A stretch of DNA of 63,016 nt, filler included, from Lenisia limosa (Eukaryota; Protista; Breviatea): NCBI GenBank assembly GCA_001655205.1. It is 17 parts of 17 records of this genome, joined end to end, with 100 filler letters (N's around TTAATTAATTAA, not from the genome) between each part and the next. Parts side by side here need not be neighbours in the genome. Positions count along the whole stretch, not along the records: positions 56,586 to 61,471 come from LPNZ01008008.1; positions 61,572 to 63,016 come from LPNZ01000238.1; 15 more parts are not named here. The stretch is one strand, 5' to 3'. The notes under the pieces were generated by a model, which made no database searches, was not told the origin of the DNA, and worked only from the letters and a program-made list of their open reading frames with translations. The position numbers and the translations under genes are program-made. Each line of letters opens with the position of its first letter. Within the stretch, counting starts at the first letter, position 1. Positions 61,401 through 63,016 of this stretch are shown here, piece by piece.

Positions 61401-61571
61401 ATCTACCATATGATGGGAGCATATGATAACACATGATAAAATTATATATATCACACCGTCCATATATCTGTNNNNNNNNNNNNNNNNNNNNNNNNNNNNN
61501 NNNNNNNNNNNNNNNTTAATTAATTAANNNNNNNNNNNNNNNNNNNNNNNNNNNNNNNNNNNNNNNNNNNN

Positions 61572-62131
61572 ACCGAAGAAGCCCTCGGTAAAAAGAAGAC
61601 CAGCAAGGGCCTCTGTATAGAGCCCTATATTGAAAAGATGCTTCTCTCCACTGAGTATGGCAATGACGTCACGCCTCATGTCCAGTCAATGGGAGTGGTA
61701 AGGTGGAGGGAGTGTAATATGCATTCTTTACTTTACAGTGACTGGGATAAGTCTTGACCGATTTTCATTGGGGAAATCATAGAACAAATCGGTCAAGACT
61801 TACCCCGGTCACTTTAGAAGTGCGTCTAAAACAGCATTTCATACAACCAAATCAAATCTCTTCATTTGAATTATCGATTCACTGCTTAGCCTGAACAAAT
61901 CGCTCATGACGCCCTTCCTGCCGTTTCCCTCACTGTAGGCTTTTGGTGAGAGTCTAATCAGTTGTAATTATCTCAATAATCATAAATCATTATTGCTTAT
62001 TCTTCAGGTAGTATGAAATTTCTTATTTGTTTTCAGGAGAAAGTCTCAACCGGATCTTATGTCCTCACTCATTCCGGCCTTTTCCTGGCTGACAAGTTCG
62101 ATGAGGGCTTCAAAGTTGCTCGCTTTCTGAG
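61572..62131 (+). CDS. Uncharacterised protein fragment
   Basis: TEEALGKKKTSKGLCIEPYIEKMLLSTEYGNDVTPHVQSMGV then gtaagg; tttcag then EKVSTGSYVLTHSGLFLADKFDEGFKVARFLR then gtacga. Confidence 0.55.
61736..61814. mobile_element. MITE family T (CAGTG-type TIR, TA-flanked)
   Basis: ta-cagtgactgggataagtcttgaccgat...atcggtcaagacttaccccggtcact; relatives at 37580-37655, 47459-47510, 55563-55625 and 57690. Confidence 0.8.
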
Positions 62132-63016
62132 GTACGAGGTGTAATGTGTTTGCAGAGTATTAGGTAACCGATGCTATGCTATTTCCTGACTGGCCCGAAT
62201 CAGACATACCTATTCAATAATAATATCAGAGGAATTTTTTTTCAAATTTTGTATTAAATCTCAGATGAACTGAATAAGTCTCTTAAAATGTTTATTACAA
62301 TTGGGTACTTTTGTTGTTATCTTTGTTTACGTACCTCTTTTCCTGAAAAACAAAAAACTGTCGTTAAACACACTACTGCAATTAAGATTATTGAATAACA
62401 TTCAGTATTTTTAGCATGGGTTTTTTTTTTGAGATTCCCACAAGTATGATAGTAGAGATTATTATTTCCACCAATAGTTATGATGAGAGATTGCCATTTC
62501 AGTAGTGAGTACAATTCGTTAATATAAGGGAGTACTTCTCTTCTGGTTATTATTTGGGATGATTTTCTCCTCCGTTGGTTTATGTTACTTTGTCAGTTAT
62601 GTCATTGTTTGATCAATAGAATAGAGAAGGTTGGGAAATAAGGATAAACAATATACATTCATATTCAGCAAGGACAACAAACAAATAAGGGAAACCAGAA
62701 AGACAAATTATACTTCCGCACCGCACACGATACTTGGGGCCCCCTTTCGTGTTCCATCCTTGAAAATCACGCTTTTAGAGATTCGCTTGGGCTCAACGGT
62801 GTTCAGTGCAGTGTAAGGGGGGTTAATATTCTGGCAGATTTTGTTATGCTCTGTGCGTGCTCTTTTTTCTAGAGCTTCACTTTCGGTTCCAAAAAAGACT
62901 GAATTCTTGATAACTCGTCGATATTGTAAATGTCTTTCGGAACCGAAAGTTGCTTAGTTTATAATTTCATTTCATTTGTGTGTTCCATAAATTTTCCGAT
63001 TTTACCCCCCCCCCCC

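Larger units (their letters stand above)
2846..61571. other. Sixteen 100-nt scaffold gaps containing a six-frame stop linker TTAATTAATTAA
   Basis: Linkers start at 2890, 7647, 12345, 14274, 16964, 20524, 23671, 30063, 32629, 34761, 36887, 46451, 50821, 53577, 56530 and 61516. These are artificial. Confidence 0.97.

Overview
Eukaryotic (protist-like) nuclear DNA: intron-rich, read in the standard genetic code, and encoding a TTLL9-like protein that suggests a flagellated cell. The lineage cannot be named from sequence alone. The window is about 17 contigs joined by sixteen 100-nt gaps, each holding an artificial TTAATTAATTAA linker, so most genes are truncated and order across linkers is unproven. 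Exons stitched by hand give recognisable PRPF6, TTLL9, an hnRNP F/H-type qRRM protein, a NERD1-like FG-GAP protein, a signal peptide + SAM-like + EGF + MACPF protein, and Kelch, Cys-rich repeat, LRR, ARM, ankyrin and RRM proteins, plus several unknowns. Introns carry at least six MITE-like families and a decayed pogo-type DDE transposase. Two features stand out. (1) A dispersed ~150-nt introner-like sequence (GTACGCTGG...CCCCAG, about 20 or more full or partial copies) whose C-run end usually lies at a splice site: as acceptor in sense copies and as donor in antisense copies. (2) Three diverged copies of an unknown intron-containing ORF, each followed by a TIR-like end with paired direct repeats, suggesting an undescribed DNA transposon family. 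All alignments were done by eye; coordinates are approximate to a few nt and no database searches were run.
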